From IMG/VR virus record IMGVR_UViG_3300033485_000031, positions 1-46,268 of that record: 46,268 nt of DNA. The stretch is one strand, 5' to 3'. Source of the stretch: a virus (taxonomy: Duplodnaviria; Caudoviricetes). The notes beneath the pieces were generated by a model, which made no database searches, had not been told where the DNA came from, and saw only the letters and a program-made list of their open reading frames with translations. Position numbers and translations under genes: made by a program. Positions 45,330 through 46,268 of this stretch are shown one piece after another (within the stretch, counting starts at the first letter, position 1; every line of letters starts with the position of its first letter).

Positions 45330-46268
45330 ATGGCTGATGTGCCGTTTACGCTCGCGCTCATGATTGGGGCAATCCCGTATTTGCTCCCGATGACCTCACA
45401 AATTGGGCGTACCGCGCCTCTTTATTCTCGCCTTCGCAAGGTCCGGGCCTCCGGTAAATTGGCAAGCGAGGTGATCGAAAAGGGCGGCGCGACCGTTTCG
45501 AACATTGCGGAGGGTGCAGACGGGCCCGATGCAAGCGTGAACGGTGAAGATAAGTACGTGCATGATTTTGGCACATATAGCTCGGTGATCAAAATCACTG
45601 AGCAGGCCCGCCGCGCGTCAAGTGTGTCCACGGGGCCTGCCGGAAGCACAGGCACTTATTCGGCGAAGCTTGCGAACCAGGTTGCAACGCGCGTTGTGCA
45701 GATTCTCGAAAAGCTTGAAAGCCACCTCTGGACCGGAACAGGCCCGGGCGCGAACCAAATTGTCGGGTTCGAGGACGCGATCGGCGACACCACGAACACT
45801 TATGCTGGTATTGATCGCACCATCCCGGGAAATGAATATTGGCAACCCAACGTCTTTGATGATGGTGTTCCCACGTCTCCGACGAAGGCACTTATCGAAG
45901 ACGACATGACCGAAATCGCTACCAACGCCTATAAGCCTGGCAGCCCCGACATCATCATCGCCAACGATAAAATTTTTAATGCTGTCCGCCAAACTCTCCA
46001 AGGGCAGGTCAGCTACAACGTCACGACCCAAAACCCTGCGATGCCTAACGATCTTTCGGTTCAGGTTTCGATGGGCGTGCTGCAATTCGGCAATGCCGTG
46101 ATGTTCAAGGACGTTTATGCGCCCGTCGATTCGATCACTTATCTGAACAGCCAATATGTTTGGCTTGAATATCTCCCGTATGCTCAAGCGCTCATGGATG
46201 CGATGGCGATGCTCGATCCCGAGGTGATGAACGCCATTCGCGAGGCAATGATGAACGCCGACCTATCT
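45330..46268 (+). CDS. Major capsid protein, 5' part (continues across the origin to 268; about 359 aa)
   Basis: ATG 45330 after GAGG RBS; open frame MADVPFTLAL...YAGIDRT...WQPN...PDIIIAN joins the frame of ORF 53..268; follows portal and scaffold; size fits an HK97-fold capsid. Confidence 0.85.
   Translation, partial: MADVPFTLALMIGAIPYLLPMTSQIGRTAPLYSRLRKVRASGKLASEVIEKGGATVSNIAEGADGPDASVNGEDKYVHDFGTYSSVIKITEQARRASSVSTGPAGSTGTYSAKLANQVATRVVQILEKLESHLWTGTGPGANQIVGFEDAIGDTTNTYAGIDRTIPGNEYWQPNVFDDGVPTSPTKALIEDDMTEIATNAYKPGSPDIIIANDKIFNAVRQTLQGQVSYNVTTQNPAMPNDLSVQVSMGVLQFGNAVMFKDVYAPVDSITYLNSQYVWLEYLPYAQALMDAMAMLDPEVMNAIREAMMNADLS
46142..46268. repeat. Terminal direct repeat (circular assembly overlap), copy 2
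   Basis: Identical to 1-127; 127 nt is a common assembler k-mer length. Confidence 0.97.

Overview
The window is a complete, circularly assembled tailed-phage genome. Bases 1-127 repeat exactly at 46142-46268, an assembly overlap, so the unit length is about 46,141 bp. The morphogenesis arm runs terS-terL-portal-scaffold-major capsid (wrapping the origin)-neck genes, then a Mu-like contractile tail: sheath, tube, chaperone with a -1 frameshift, tape measure, gpN/gpP/gp45/gp46/gp47/gp48-like baseplate, fibres and a holin-like gene. The early/replication arm carries XRE regulators, an MT-A70 methyltransferase, an initiator-like protein, DnaB, a RusA-like nuclease and a 5'-3' exonuclease fused to an annealase-like domain. 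A Gly/Cys-rich lipoprotein and sigma54-like promoters suggest a myxobacterial (Polyangiaceae-like) host; this is inference. The most notable content is a layered counter-defence set: a DUF1874/AcrIII-1-like ring nuclease, a DUF2829/Tad2-like sponge in a promoter-bearing moron between sheath and tube, and a solitary type I-C-like CRISPR repeat. That repeat lies in the non-coding region downstream of an IS1-family transposase, and the sequence next to it matches a TTC-flanked site about 80 bp past the repeat (candidate RNA anti-CRISPR or Cascade-guiding regulatory RNA). Also unusual are a 28-bp perfect inverted repeat carrying twin promoters and start codons, several promoter-terminator small-RNA cassettes, and an amber-interrupted DUF488-like gene. 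No integrase or endolysin was recognised. All family assignments come from motif recognition by eye, not database searches.
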